Counted from the first letter of the whole stretch, positions 52,709 through 62,978 are shown. The stretch is 62,978 bases of DNA, filler included, from Stramenopiles sp. TOSAG23-3 (GCA_900128585.1; 8 parts of 8 records of this genome joined end to end with filler, not necessarily neighbours in it); one strand, 5' to 3'. Made by a program: numbers and translations. Notes: generated by a model not told the origin, from the letters alone.

Positions 52709-54697
52709 ATGTCTTTTTCGCTTCGTCCACGATTGACCACCTCCCCAACACGGCAACAACGCGTAGCGAGTCTGGGCGGTGCCGATGTAATATACACAAA
52801 GAATGTGCTCGCAAATGTGCCTTCCGTTGGGACATACAGCGCGAACCGCAGCGCCTTCCAGAGGTCTGGAAAAATTCGGAAAGCATCGGGGTCGTACCGC
52901 TCGCGGGTGGAGCGAATGCCTACCAAGAAGCCATTTGCGGAGTTACGAGAGCACATGCAACGCAGGCGGAAGAACGAAGCCTTGAACTCCATTCGTCGCC
53001 AGTTCTTGGAAAACAAACACCGCGCAAGTTTGAAAGCAATATTCCTTCGCATGGACCGCGACAAGAATGGGACTGTGGACCAGGATGAGTTTGAAAGGGC
53101 GCTGAAGAGCATTGGGATTGTGCTGGACTGGCAAGTACTCGAACCCCTTTTTTACCTCTACGATAGTGACGGTTCAGGGGGCATTAGCTACCCCGAGTTT
53201 GTCATTGAAACATTAGAGCCATTGTACAATCGCGCATTGCTGAAGCTTCGCAGGTTTTTGAAAAGCGGGGGCCAGAAATTTTGCAACAAATCGTTGCATG
53301 ATGGATTTGAACATTTCGACGCGAACGGAAACGGTGTCATTGAACGAGACGAGTTCATTCAAGCGCTGAAAGAAAAATGCGGCATCACGTGTTTGAAAGA
53401 TGTGGAAATAGACACTCTGTTCGATATCCTCGACTGGAATCACAGCGGGGCGATTGATTACGGGGAATTCGCGTACAGCATTTTCAACCTGAGGCCCCAT
53501 CTCGAAACAGCGTTGGGGATCAGCGAGTACTTTAAAGAAAAGATGAGGAAACAGAATGAAACGATCCCCGCCATGAACAAACCCAGACCTACCAAGCCAA
53601 TAAAGGAGAACGACAACGTCATCCCGCCGCTGAAACTTGCCACCGTGGCGTTACGGTCGGAAAAAAAACAGTCAAAGAAACAGAACATTTTTGAAGAAAA
53701 TAAACTTCGGACGGTGTACGGCATTTCCTCTAGTCCCGGCTCTCCGTCAGATGAGTATGGGCGCCCAATTTTGATGGCGGAGGAAGAGTCCTCTCGCCTC
53801 CTTCTCCCCAGGCCAGCGAGCGTCCGCGCAATGGACTTTGAGATTTCTTCGCACTTCTTTTGCAATTTCTCCGCTTCTCGTGTCAGCTCGGCCAACTCTT
53901 TTTGCAGGCTCTTCAGGGTCTTTCCCAACACCTCGCTGTCCTTCGTGATCCAGTCCATAAGTTCTTTGTGGAGGTCCATGTCGAAGTCTCTCAATTTCTG
54001 TACTCGCTTTTGTGTCCGCTTCAGCAACTGGAACATTTTGTTGATCTCTTTCATTTTTGTGGACACGTGCTTGCGGACAGTGATCATTAGCTTTTCCCTC
54101 GGGCTCTTGATGTACGCCCCCATGTCCCAGTTCTTGATCTTCTGGCACGTCTTGTCGCAGTGGTTCCCCGCAACGTCCAAAAAGGCGACGGCTTGGTCGC
54201 TCATAACGGAGTCGATGAGTTTCTTGTTGACCTTCATGAACGCCTTGCGGGCCTTTCGGAGCGACTCCTCGGACTCCTTGAACTTGGTCTTGAAAATTTT
54301 CCCCTCTTGTTCCACGGCTTTCAGCTCGTTTTCAAGCCTCTCCTTGGCCTCGTTTTGCTGCCGTACTAGCTTCTCCTGTTCTTCCGCTTTTTCACCAAGC
54401 AGCTTGTTTGCATTGATAAGCTTCTGCTCCGCCAGTTTCAGGTCCCGCCGGACTTGGGCAAGATCGCGTTGCAACTTCTTGTCCTTGTTCTTGCAGGCTG
54501 CCAGCTTTACGAGCAATCGGACCTCTTCCTTCTTCTTAGCCCTGATGTCCCTGTTCGTTTTCCGCATGCTCTTAATGATCAAAGCAATTTGGCGCTGGAT
54601 TGTCGTCACCTTCCTCTCGCTACTCTTGGTCTCGTTTAGCAACTCCTCGCTCAGCCGATCGAACATGGCCTTGTTCATCTCGACTTGCGTCTTCTGA
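52709..54697 (+). CDS. Four-EF-hand calcium-binding protein; protein-like only to about 53795, the rest is antisense to the next gene
   Basis: EF-hands DRDKNGTVDQDEF, DSDGSGGISYPEF, DANGNGVIERDEF, DWNHSGAIDYGEF. After about 53800 the translation is S/F/L-rich, as expected for the reverse complement of a coiled-coil. Confidence 0.75.
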   Translation: MSFSLRPRLTTSPTRQQRVASLGGADVIYTKNVLANVPSVGTYSANRSAFQRSGKIRKASGSYRSRVERMPTKKPFAELREHMQRRRKNEALNSIRRQFLENKHRASLKAIFLRMDRDKNGTVDQDEFERALKSIGIVLDWQVLEPLFYLYDSDGSGGISYPEFVIETLEPLYNRALLKLRRFLKSGGQKFCNKSLHDGFEHFDANGNGVIERDEFIQALKEKCGITCLKDVEIDTLFDILDWNHSGAIDYGEFAYSIFNLRPHLETALGISEYFKEKMRKQNETIPAMNKPRPTKPIKENDNVIPPLKLATVALRSEKKQSKKQNIFEENKLRTVYGISSSPGSPSDEYGRPILMAEEESSRLLLPRPASVRAMDFEISSHFFCNFSASRVSSANSFCRLFRVFPNTSLSFVIQSISSLWRSMSKSLNFCTRFCVRFSNWNILLISFIFVDTCLRTVIISFSLGLLMYAPMSQFLIFWHVLSQWFPATSKKATAWSLITESMSFLLTFMNALRAFRSDSSDSLNLVLKIFPSCSTAFSSFSSLSLASFCCRTSFSCSSAFSPSSLFALISFCSASFRSRRTWARSRCNFLSLFLQAASFTSNRTSSFFLALMSLFVFRMLLMIKAIWRWIVVTFLSLLLVSFSNSSLSRSNMALFISTCVF

Positions 54698-55365
54698 CCC
54701 TCGACTGACTGCCTCTCTTCGTTGACTTTAACCTGTAGCTTAGCGTTCTTGTCGTCCCCAAGGGCCTCTACGGCTTCGTTGGCCCGGTACTGTTCGCGGA
54801 AATCCTGCACCGCGGCCTGTTTGATTTCTTGGAGGCTGTCCAGCGTCCGTTTGAACTTGTTGGCTGCGTCCGCAATGGCGCCGATGTCCTCTTCGGACTT
54901 TTTCTCGTTTTCTTCGTCGGAACAAAACTTGGAGTTTTCTTTCTTTAGGGGTGTTGGCATCCACATGCCAATGTCACGGTTGCAGCAAGCAAAGCGGCCT
55001 TTGCCTATCTTTGGCGCAATACCCTTGTACACGTTGCCCTTCTGGTAAAGTGGGTGGTTGTGCGGCGGCTTGAAACTACAGCAATCTTTCGCCGTCGCAC
55101 CTTCGGCACGGCAGCGAGATAGGAGCTGCTTTGGGGGGCACCGTGGCTTGCACGCACCCTCGATCCATACGCATCGACCTTTGCCCTTGGACTTGCAGGT
55201 TTTGCCAGACTTTGTGTGGAGCTGACAGAACTCATGTTCCGCTTGACTAATCTTCTCGCTGCATCTGTTTTCGTCATTTGCCGCGCCCGAGGCGTCTTCT
55301 GCGCCACTTGCTCCGGAGGCATCTGCCTCGTCACTAGCTCCGGACTCGTCTCCAGCACCGGAGGC
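53458..55365 (-). CDS. Ala-Ser-Gly repeat / Cys-rich / coiled-coil protein, 5' truncated by gap; protein-like only down to about 53795
   Basis: Frame is open from the gap: ASGAGDESGASDEADASGASGA..RCSEK..FCQLHTKSGKTCKSKGKGRCVWIEGACKPRCPP..CCSF..CCNR, then about 380 aa of K/E heptads ending in GLGRRRR. Confidence 0.75.
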   Translation of the reverse strand, partial: ASGAGDESGASDEADASGASGAEDASGAANDENRCSEKISQAEHEFCQLHTKSGKTCKSKGKGRCVWIEGACKPRCPPKQLLSRCRAEGATAKDCCSFKPPHNHPLYQKGNVYKGIAPKIGKGRFACCNRDIGMWMPTPLKKENSKFCSDEENEKKSEEDIGAIADAANKFKRTLDSLQEIKQAAVQDFREQYRANEAVEALGDDKNAKLQVKVNEERQSVEGQKTQVEMNKAMFDRLSEELLNETKSSERKVTTIQRQIALIIKSMRKTNRDIRAKKKEEVRLLVKLAACKNKDKKLQRDLAQVRRDLKLAEQKLINANKLLGEKAEEQEKLVRQQNEAKERLENELKAVEQEGKIFKTKFKESEESLRKARKAFMKVNKKLIDSVMSDQAVAFLDVAGNHCDKTCQKIKNWDMGAYIKSPREKLMITVRKHVSTKMKEINKMFQLLKRTQKRVQKLRDFDMDLHKELMDWITKDSEVLGKTLKSLQKELAELTREAEKLQKKCEEISKSIARTLAGLGRRRREDSSSAIKIGRPYSSDGEPGLEEMPYTVRSLFSSKMFCFFDCFFSDRNATVASFSGGMTLSFSFIGLVGLGLFMAGIVSFCFLIFSLKYSLIPNAVSRWGLRLKMLYANSP

Positions 55366-55468
55366 GTNNNNNNNNNNNNNNNNNNNNNNNNNNNNNNNNN
55401 NNNNNNNNNNNTTAATTAATTAANNNNNNNNNNNNNNNNNNNNNNNNNNNNNNNNNNNNNNNNNNNNT

Positions 55469-57270
55469 GCTGCAAGAGATATGATGAGAGTATCGGAACG
55501 TAAAAATATGAAATATCGAGCGGATTCACCACGCAAAAAGAAACATGGAGGAAGAAATATTTCACCAATTAAAAGCAAACGCAATACACTTACACGCGCA
55601 TCGTTTTCAAAAGCACGATTGTTAGAGGAACAATACCGAAATTCATATTCACGTGTATATCAAAAAGTGATTGAACATGATCCATTACAAGCTGCATTGG
55701 AAGCATCGCAATCACAACGCCCTACGCCACCGGAATTAACCATGTTTCGTTTATTAATTGTATTTAATGAAATTCATGATTTTCCAATTAATTTTGCAAC
55801 TCGATTACGTGATCGACAACAAATGTCAAGGGAAACGTTAACATCCAATGGTTCTGCGGAGGAAGAATTTTATTTGGTCTATGAAACATTAGGTCAAAAA
55901 GTTGCTATACCAATTGATTGTAATGAATTTTTAAATGCACATGATCAAAAAGTACGAGAACGAGAAGAACGACGGGAAGGTAAATATTCTAATAATAATA
56001 ATAATAATGATGGTGGTGGTGGTGGTGGTAAATACGAATCGACAAGTAATAATGATGATGATGATGATGATAATGAAGAAATAAAACCAATCCCATTAAA
56101 ATTACATCGTGCACGTATGCATTATTTCTTTGCAGCACAGCATTCACCTGGCAACGTCAATTTAGATTCATCACGACATGGTTTAGATGTCTTTATTGAA
56201 GATATCGATGATATCTGTATTTCATTATGTAAAGGTATTCGTCCTGCATCAAAATCATCATTAAATAATAGTAGCCTTGGTGGTGGTAGTGGTGGTGGTG
56301 GTGGTAAAAGTGACGAGCTAGAAGCATTTCCACATATATTGAAAGAATATGGTGTCGCTAAATTAAGTATCCGGCAGTTCAAAAGTAAATTTGTAAATAA
56401 GCATGATTGTTTTGCAAGTTTTGGTTTAGGTGCTGGTGGCATGTGTAGTGTCCGTGCAACTATCGGGATTGATCATACCAGGGAACAATTAGATTCACGA
56501 TTATTAGATGCAGAGCATACAATCAAATTTGAAAATGGTGTATATATTCCACCACCATCATTTAGTAGCCCTGATCCATTGCCAGATGAATGGTTAGAAA
56601 TTCTTGGAAAAGTGCAACATTTGCATTATGAATTAACAAGTAAACACGAGCTAGAACATCAACAGGAGATGATTAAAAAGCAACAAGAAAATAAAATTGA
56701 TAAATTATGGTGTTTACAAATGGAGCTTCATGCAGTTAATTATTTATGTGATGTATTGGACAATGGCAATTTTGATATAGATTCAAAATATTATGCAACC
56801 TATACATTATTAAATAAGAAATATCAAACTGAAGATACGAAACCTACGTTTGATCCAGATGAATTGACAAAACCATTATTAGCATTTGAGAGTACACGAA
56901 AGTATTGGGCAAAAGGTAGTGTACATGCTATGAAGCATTATTTCAATACATTAGCAAAGCCAATGGAAATTAACATTTATAAAAGACGTACAAATCCATT
57001 TTTATCGATTTTAGATCGATTAAACCATGCATTTGATGAAATTGATTTTGAATTGCATGGTTCCGTAGTATTAAAAGAACTTGGGTATGGCATAATTTTC
57101 AATCCACGAACAATTGAAGCATTATTAACGACAGATCAAGCGTCTGCTAGGAGACAATATATTGATGAATCTGCTTTGAAAAACAAATTGAAAAGTATAA
57201 GTGTTTTAAATCAAGGTCGTAGTAGTGGTACTGGTCGATTTAAAAATTTAAAAGCAGCTGGTTCAGGGAA
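55469..57270 (+). CDS. Hypothetical protein fragment on an AT-rich contig (open at both ends), possibly with C2-like domains
   Basis: About 600 codons without a stop, strongly A/T-ending codons, poly-N/G/D runs. The C2-like call is weak. Confidence 0.75.
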
Positions 57271-57372
57271 NNNNNNNNNNNNNNNNNNNNNNNNNNNNNN
57301 NNNNNNNNNNNNNNTTAATTAATTAANNNNNNNNNNNNNNNNNNNNNNNNNNNNNNNNNNNNNNNNNNNNGG

Positions 57373-58728
57373 CTGGCGTCTCGTTTCCTTAGCAATCGGG
57401 AGTATTTGATGGATTCGTTCCAGGGCGAAGTTGTAGTCAGTGAGACGAATTTACTAGGTACACCTGAGGCCAAGGTTATAGCGGCGTTGCTCTTCAAAAA
57501 TAGGACTCTTCGAAAGTTGATCATCGCACGGGGACGGATCGGCGACGAGGGAATGGAAGTATTGGCCACCGCCCTGCAGTTCAATACAGTTCTGGAAACA
57601 CTGGCCATCGGCCCGAACAATATCACTGGCAAGTCCATTGGTGAGCTTTGCAGAGTTTTGCAAAACCACAATTTTACCCTGGAAAATCTTATTTTGGAAG
57701 GCAACAAGCTGAGCGAAGAGAGTGCAATACTACTAGGAAGCACAATGAGCGACTTTTTTGTGAGAAACTACGGAAAGTTAAAGTCTTTTACGCTCTGTAA
57801 GGCTGGGGTTCGAAGAGCAAGCGCTGAGCTGTTCGGTAAAATGCTTTACATGAACAAGTCGTTGCTTCGAATGGATCTGTCTGGAAACCATATTCACTGC
57901 CAAGGTGCACGTGTTATTTTTGAAAACCTCAAACGAAACTCTGTGCTGCTGGAGTTAAGCCTGGACGACAACAACATATCATTTCTTGGTGCTCAGGCGC
58001 TAACTGAATGCATGCAGGAGAACACAACTCTGCGAATCTGTTCAATGCAGCACAATTTGATGCTGGACAATTCTGCGCAAGTTATGTTGGGAATGTACAA
58101 AACCCACCCGTCGCTAAGAGCCCTGCGGGTCTCAGGCAACCCCATTGGGCAGCTCTACATCGAGCAATTTGAAGCCATTGGAAAGTACAGGTCATCGACT
58201 GATATCAAGGAAATAATGGACACAAGCATCGCGTCCCTACCGCCACTGATCGTTTCGCCTGGGGCCAAGCGCAAGCGGGCCCCGAAAGGCAACATGTCCC
58301 CGGCCAGAACGGGCACCAGAAAGAACAGGGAAAAGAGCAAAGCGGTATCCCCGTTGTCGTCCCCCCTCGTGCTGTCTCCCTACCTGCACCCCTCTCCCCA
58401 GATCGCTGTTCAAAATACGCCGAAGAGGATACAAATGACGTACAGTTTGCCAGAGAATTGGAACACTGTCCAATCGCTCGACACGAAGCTGACTCGGCCC
58501 ACAAAGTCCGTTCTCGGAACAGCAGGGTATCCCTTACCAAAAGTGAGGCCAATGCCACCGAGAGTAAAGGGAGACAGACCTTTCCCCGTCCTGTTTAGGC
58601 CCCCAAAGATGACAATTACTCCGATTTCGAAGAGAGACAGGGAGAAGATTGAAATTACACACAACAGGCATGTCTATTCTCGAAAATCAACTGCAGAAAT
58701 CAATGGATTATACCCAACGGAACTTTAA
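57373..58728 (+). CDS. RNI-like leucine-rich repeat protein (5' truncated)
   Basis: 28-aa LRRs: NTVLETLAIGPNNI, NFTLENLILEGNKL, NKSLLRMDLSGNHI, NSVLLELSLDDNNI, SLRALRVSGNPI; disordered Pro/Ser tail. Confidence 0.9.
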   Translation: MASRFLSNREYLMDSFQGEVVVSETNLLGTPEAKVIAALLFKNRTLRKLIIARGRIGDEGMEVLATALQFNTVLETLAIGPNNITGKSIGELCRVLQNHNFTLENLILEGNKLSEESAILLGSTMSDFFVRNYGKLKSFTLCKAGVRRASAELFGKMLYMNKSLLRMDLSGNHIHCQGARVIFENLKRNSVLLELSLDDNNISFLGAQALTECMQENTTLRICSMQHNLMLDNSAQVMLGMYKTHPSLRALRVSGNPIGQLYIEQFEAIGKYRSSTDIKEIMDTSIASLPPLIVSPGAKRKRAPKGNMSPARTGTRKNREKSKAVSPLSSPLVLSPYLHPSPQIAVQNTPKRIQMTYSLPENWNTVQSLDTKLTRPTKSVLGTAGYPLPKVRPMPPRVKGDRPFPVLFRPPKMTITPISKRDREKIEITHNRHVYSRKSTAEINGLYPTEL

Positions 58729-59273
58729 CAGTGGGTTGTGTGTATAATGCATTCTTCTTACTCACAAAATATACAAAAATAAAATATATTGAGATGTATT
58801 TAAACACTATATATTATATAAAATTAAAAAACGTACTTCTATTTTATATATAGTAAATTACGTAGTCTAAAGGATTCATTACACTGATTTTACTCTACAA
58901 AAATTATGTACATTGTTCCGCCTCTGTTTCCTCTCTTACCTTACCGCTTACGTATATAGATTGGCATTCCACGCCTGTTTTAAAGAAGCGCTCTTCAAAG
59001 CAATTCCAGCGCTCTTTTTTAGTGTTTGCGCAGAAAACATGAAGTGCTGTTGAACTTGTTGTTGGCAATGTGCAATTAATGACGTTCGAAACGTTGGAGG
59101 CATCATCTCCCAGACGAGTGTTTTTATCTTCAAACAAAGTATTATTTGCCTTGGCGCACGATACGTTCCACATNNNNNNNNNNNNNNNNNNNNNNNNNNN
59201 NNNNNNNNNNNNNNNNNTTAATTAATTAANNNNNNNNNNNNNNNNNNNNNNNNNNNNNNNNNNNNNNNNNNNN

Positions 59274-60133
59274 AGCTGGCGGCTCTCCGCGAACCCCCCC
59301 ACGAGGAGGGCGGCAAAGTACCGGCTCCGAGCCTTCAGGATGACTTTGTGGGCGTGCACCCTGACCTCCTCGGGGCCCACGAGAAAGACGACGTCCGACA
59401 GCGCCTCGTCCTCGAACAGGCCGGAAATGTCGAGGGCCATGCTGCTCGGGCGGCGGACCATCTCCGGCTCCGGCTGGTCCTCCTCCATCGTCGCGTACCA
59501 GCCTACGCTCCCATTCCAGAGCAGGAGCCCCCCCGTCCGCGAGCCGACGTTCGGGTCCGGCTGGTGCTCCTGGTACCACACGTCCCAGCTGTCCGAGTGC
59601 AAGCGGTTTCGCCGGGACGACCAGCCCCGGTTGTACGTGACCGCGAGACGCCCGCTCCGGTTCGTCAGCCCGACGAACTGGCCCTTCTGTATCGGGACCG
59701 GGGCCTTCAGGACGACGGTCTGCTCGCTCGACAGGTTCGGGTTCACGGACAGGCCGCACGACCGCTTCAGCACGAACTTGTGGGGCCCCGTCTGCTCGTA
59801 TATCCGCAGCTGCCAGTCCTTCCCGTTCCCTGGGGGGACCCCCCCGAGGCGACACGTCACTTTCGTGACCCGCCCGTTCTCCGCGGCTGGACAGTTCAGG
59901 ATGCTAAGGTGCGCGGTGTCGCTCAGCGTCCGCGGCAGCACCTCGGACCCCAAGACGCTCACCAGCGGGTCGAAGCACCCGGGCCCCTCGCCCCCCTCCC
60001 CCGAAGCCGCGGCACTGTCGAGGGCCGAGGGCCCTAGGCCTTCCCCCGCTCCGGACCTTTGCCGACCCGACAGTCGCCGGACCGCACGGAACAGTATGTT
60101 TCGCTTTACGAAGCGTTTAAAAAATATTTTCAT
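59274..60133 (-). CDS. BTB/POZ-domain protein (3' truncated)
   Basis: LSDVVFLVG..VHAHKVILKARSRYFAALLVGGFAESRQ runs into the gap; Trp-rich beta domain upstream; very GC-rich coding. Confidence 0.88.
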
Positions 60134-61178
60134 TGTTGGGCGCGGGTGGTAGGCCGGTCGGTCGGTCACTCCGTCGAGGCCAACGGGACAAGAAAGAAAG
60201 AGAGAAAAGAAAGAAAAACAATCCTATGTACAAATGTCTTCCTCTATTTATCTATATATCTATTTGAAAATGAATATGAAAGCAATTTCTTTCTTTCGTT
60301 TACCTCTTAAAAGTGTAAATCTATTTAAGCTGAAAACACTTTCTTTTTCTATACAAAGGAAGAAAGAGCGCTCCTTTACTTAAACAAAGAAGAAAGAAAA
60401 GCTGAATGAATGAATGAATCTCTGATGATTTGTTTTCAATCTTATTATTAACATACAAATACCATAGAAGAAGAAGAAGATTTAATTAATAATAATTAAA
60501 AATAATAAATAATGAAAGACAGAAAGACGAAGAAAGAAGAAAGAAGAAAGAACTAAGGAGAACTAAAAGGAGGAGAAGAAAGAACAAATAAAAATATTGT
60601 TGAAGTATTTGATAGGTACGTTAAAATTGTTAGAATACGATTGTGTTTGTACACAGGTCCTTTGGAGGTTTCGGATGTTTTCAATATTCAATACTGTGTC
60701 TATCTTAAAGTATTCCTTTTTTTTCCAATGAAAGATCTCGATCGATCGATCCAGCTGAATTGAATGAACTGACATGATGACTGTGTGAGTAGTGAGTGAG
60801 GTTGGTTTTGGTTTTGGTTTGGTTTGGTTGCAGGTAGTCAAGAAGAACTCAAGTCAAGAAAGAAGAAGAAGTCACTTCAATATAAGATTAAATAAAAGAT
60901 AAAAGAAAGAAGAAAGAAGAAGAAAGAAGAAAAGAAAGAAGAAAAGAAAGAAGGAAAGAAGAAAGAAGAAGAAAGAAGAAAAGAAAGAAGAAAGAAGAAA
61001 AGAAGAAAAGAAGAAAAGAAAGAAGAAAAGAAAGAAGAAAAGAAAGAAGAAAAGAAAGAAGAAAAGAAAGAAGAAANNNNNNNNNNNNNNNNNNNNNNNN
61101 NNNNNNNNNNNNNNNNNNNNTTAATTAATTAANNNNNNNNNNNNNNNNNNNNNNNNNNNNNNNNNNNNNNNNNNNNAG

Positions 61179-62921
61179 GACGAATGGGATAGCAGTAACG
61201 AGGACGTGGAAAGCAAGGTGGAGTTGAAAAGAGCCGAAACAAAGAAAGAAGAGAGCCCCAGCACCCAGTCCACGCCGACAAAGTTGGACGTTCAAAAGTA
61301 TGGTGCGTTTGCAAACGAGCATAGAATTCGGACCAAACATTTCAAATTTCGCATGAACAAACTTCAGGGCGCTGTTGACAGGGCAGCAAAAACGAAAGAG
61401 GAATGTCTCGCCAGACGCTCTGAGATTATATTTGCCCTCCGTAAAACCGAAAAACGAATTGCGTCCGTCAGGGGCGAATTGGACAGGTCCTTGGCCTTCA
61501 AAGGTGGTTTTATGGATTCGACCATTGTTCACGGAGGCGGGCACCTGCAGCGTTTCACGACTACGGGCCTCTCCGCTGTCCTCCAGAAAACATTAAACGA
61601 GCTGTTGGATTTGACGACAAGGGGTAAGCACGAGCTCATTCAAATTGAGAACACGATGAAGAAGATGGGGGTCCTGAAAGAGGAGAGCGAAATGGCCTTT
61701 AAGGAGCGGCAAGCCGCGCTGTACCAGTTTGAGAAGGACGTCCAGCATCGGATAAAGGAACAGAGAAAAGCTGGTGAAAAGGCAAAAACGAAGGGCAGCC
61801 TTCTCGGCGGGACCGGTGCTACCGACGCTCGTGTCATGCGCAGGCTGCGGGTAAAAGAAATTGGCTGGGTTTTTGAGACGTGGTTGGATTTCGTGATTCG
61901 AAGGCGGCACGAAAAGCACCTCATGAGAAACTTCCTTCGAGGGGCCACCAACGCTCTCCTCAGTGCGGGGCTTACGCAGTGGAAATTGTTTATTAAGGAG
62001 AACAAAAAGTTCCAAGAACTAGGTTCTGGCGACAGTTCGACGAGCGGACAGGGCAGCATCTTGCTAAAAAAAGTTGACTTCCTTCGAAGGTCGAACATGA
62101 CCGAAGCCTTGAGCGCTCTGCGCCGCTTGAGAGAAACCCGGTCGGAGGTTGAGCGGCTGACTGTCACCCCAATCATGGAAAAGGCGCTGGAAGACAGTCC
62201 GTTCTACGATAGTGAGAAGAAGATGATTGAAGACAACAGGTCTGCTGCAACGAGCGCAAAAGATGACAACAAACGCCTAACGTCCGTTGACAAGATTGCC
62301 ATCAAAGCGGACCATCACGCGGAGGTTACCCAAGGGGATATTTATTTTCGCCAAGGAGACTATGCTAAAGCAGAAGTCTGGTTCGAAAAATACAAAGGGC
62401 GCGCAATTTTTGACAACCGGGTGTTTGACCAGTGCAAAGTGTGGCTTCGGTTGGGAAACCTTCACATCGCCACCGCGCATTTTGAGAAGGCTTGCGTTGC
62501 TTTTCGAAACGTCAGGCTGCTTGTCGCTGAGACCGAGGGTAGCCACCGCTTGAAGGGCGAAGCTGAGATGGGAAGTGCAAGGGCTTTTCACGAACTCGGC
62601 AAGTACAAGGTTGGCAATGATCATTACATGAAAGCATTGACTATTTGGATGAAACTGAGCGACAGGGCCCAAGAGATAGAAACGTGCAAAGGCCTCGTCT
62701 ACGGGTACGATAAGGTGGGGGATACCGACAAGGCTGAGATATACGAAAAACGGTTCAAATCGTTGGAGTGGAGGAACATTTCCGAGTATAGAATTGAGCA
62801 AGGCAAGTACAAGCTGTCTACTATGAGAAAAACCCTGCTCGGGTCGTCGACCATGCCCGTCGACACACGACAGCGACGACGATGGCTCCTCCAGCGAAGG
62901 GGGAAGCGAGAGTGGCAGTGA
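61179..62921 (+). CDS. Coiled-coil + TPR protein (5' truncated, 3' frame ambiguous)
   Basis: Open from the gap. Coiled-coil, Sfi1-like W-spaced helices (VFETWLDF, GLTQWKLF), TPR helices (GDIYFRQGDYAKA, LGNLHIATAHFEKA, FHELGKYKVG). Confidence 0.8.
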   Translation, partial: DEWDSSNEDVESKVELKRAETKKEESPSTQSTPTKLDVQKYGAFANEHRIRTKHFKFRMNKLQGAVDRAAKTKEECLARRSEIIFALRKTEKRIASVRGELDRSLAFKGGFMDSTIVHGGGHLQRFTTTGLSAVLQKTLNELLDLTTRGKHELIQIENTMKKMGVLKEESEMAFKERQAALYQFEKDVQHRIKEQRKAGEKAKTKGSLLGGTGATDARVMRRLRVKEIGWVFETWLDFVIRRRHEKHLMRNFLRGATNALLSAGLTQWKLFIKENKKFQELGSGDSSTSGQGSILLKKVDFLRRSNMTEALSALRRLRETRSEVERLTVTPIMEKALEDSPFYDSEKKMIEDNRSAATSAKDDNKRLTSVDKIAIKADHHAEVTQGDIYFRQGDYAKAEVWFEKYKGRAIFDNRVFDQCKVWLRLGNLHIATAHFEKACVAFRNVRLLVAETEGSHRLKGEAEMGSARAFHELGKYKVGNDHYMKALTIWMKLSDRAQEIETCKGLVYGYDKVGDTDKAEIYEKRFKSLEWRNISEYRIEQGKYKLSTMRKTLLGSSTMPVDTRQRRRWLLQRRGKREWQ

Positions 62922-62978
62922 TCAGTAGATAAATACTGTAACAATTTTAGCTGTTATTTTTTTAATTGATTTTTTATT

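Noticed and set aside
55005..55358. Apparent frameshift between ORFs 55005-55358 and 53458-55032
   Set aside because: The 53458 frame is itself open to the gap at 55367 and only lacks an ATG; the 55005 ORF is an off-frame shadow.
55469..58728. AT-rich ORF and LRR ORF as two parts of one gene
   Set aside because: Separated by an artificial spacer and very different in codon usage; adjacency is not evidence.
58904..59173. Minus-strand ORF end at the contig edge
   Set aside because: Two frames are open and neither is recognisable; cannot be assigned.
1..62978. Alternative genetic code or selenocysteine readthrough
   Set aside because: Conserved genes translate fully with the standard code and TAA, TAG and TGA all serve as stops; no in-frame stops in conserved domains.

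Overview
Eukaryotic nuclear DNA from an intron-poor protist. Gene content and style suggest a stramenopile, possibly an uncultured MAST-type SAG/MAG; this is inference and has not been tested. The window is eight contigs joined by seven artificial 100-nt spacers (44N-TTAATTAATTAA-44N), so adjacency across spacers means nothing. It holds about 24 protein-coding genes, several cut by gaps: a RanBD/FG protein, a full-size ABCA transporter, a class I methyltransferase, Nop10, an ion-channel-type adenylyl cyclase, a MYST acetyltransferase, a GH47 EDEM-like mannosidase, a JmjC-HAD phosphatase-TatD triple fusion, a TOM1/GPR137-like membrane protein, a degenerate Rab-like protein, a giant Cys-rich multi-pass receptor-like protein, an amino-acid permease, NIPSNAP, a 42-aa TPR array, Rpn2, VDAC, and EF-hand, coiled-coil, LRR, BTB and TPR proteins. 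Upstream regions are very AT-rich with GAA/GAAA microsatellites. The most notable signals are: (1) a conserved ~50-bp non-coding element recurring only at gene 3' ends; (2) a near-identical 126-bp TPR array with hypervariable codons, resembling an immune-receptor sensor; (3) the three-enzyme fusion with intact catalytic motifs; (4) two genes joined tail-to-tail with no stop codon at the junction; (5) a recurrent upstream TAGTCGTC motif. No rRNA, tRNA, CRISPR array or autonomous mobile element was recognised.
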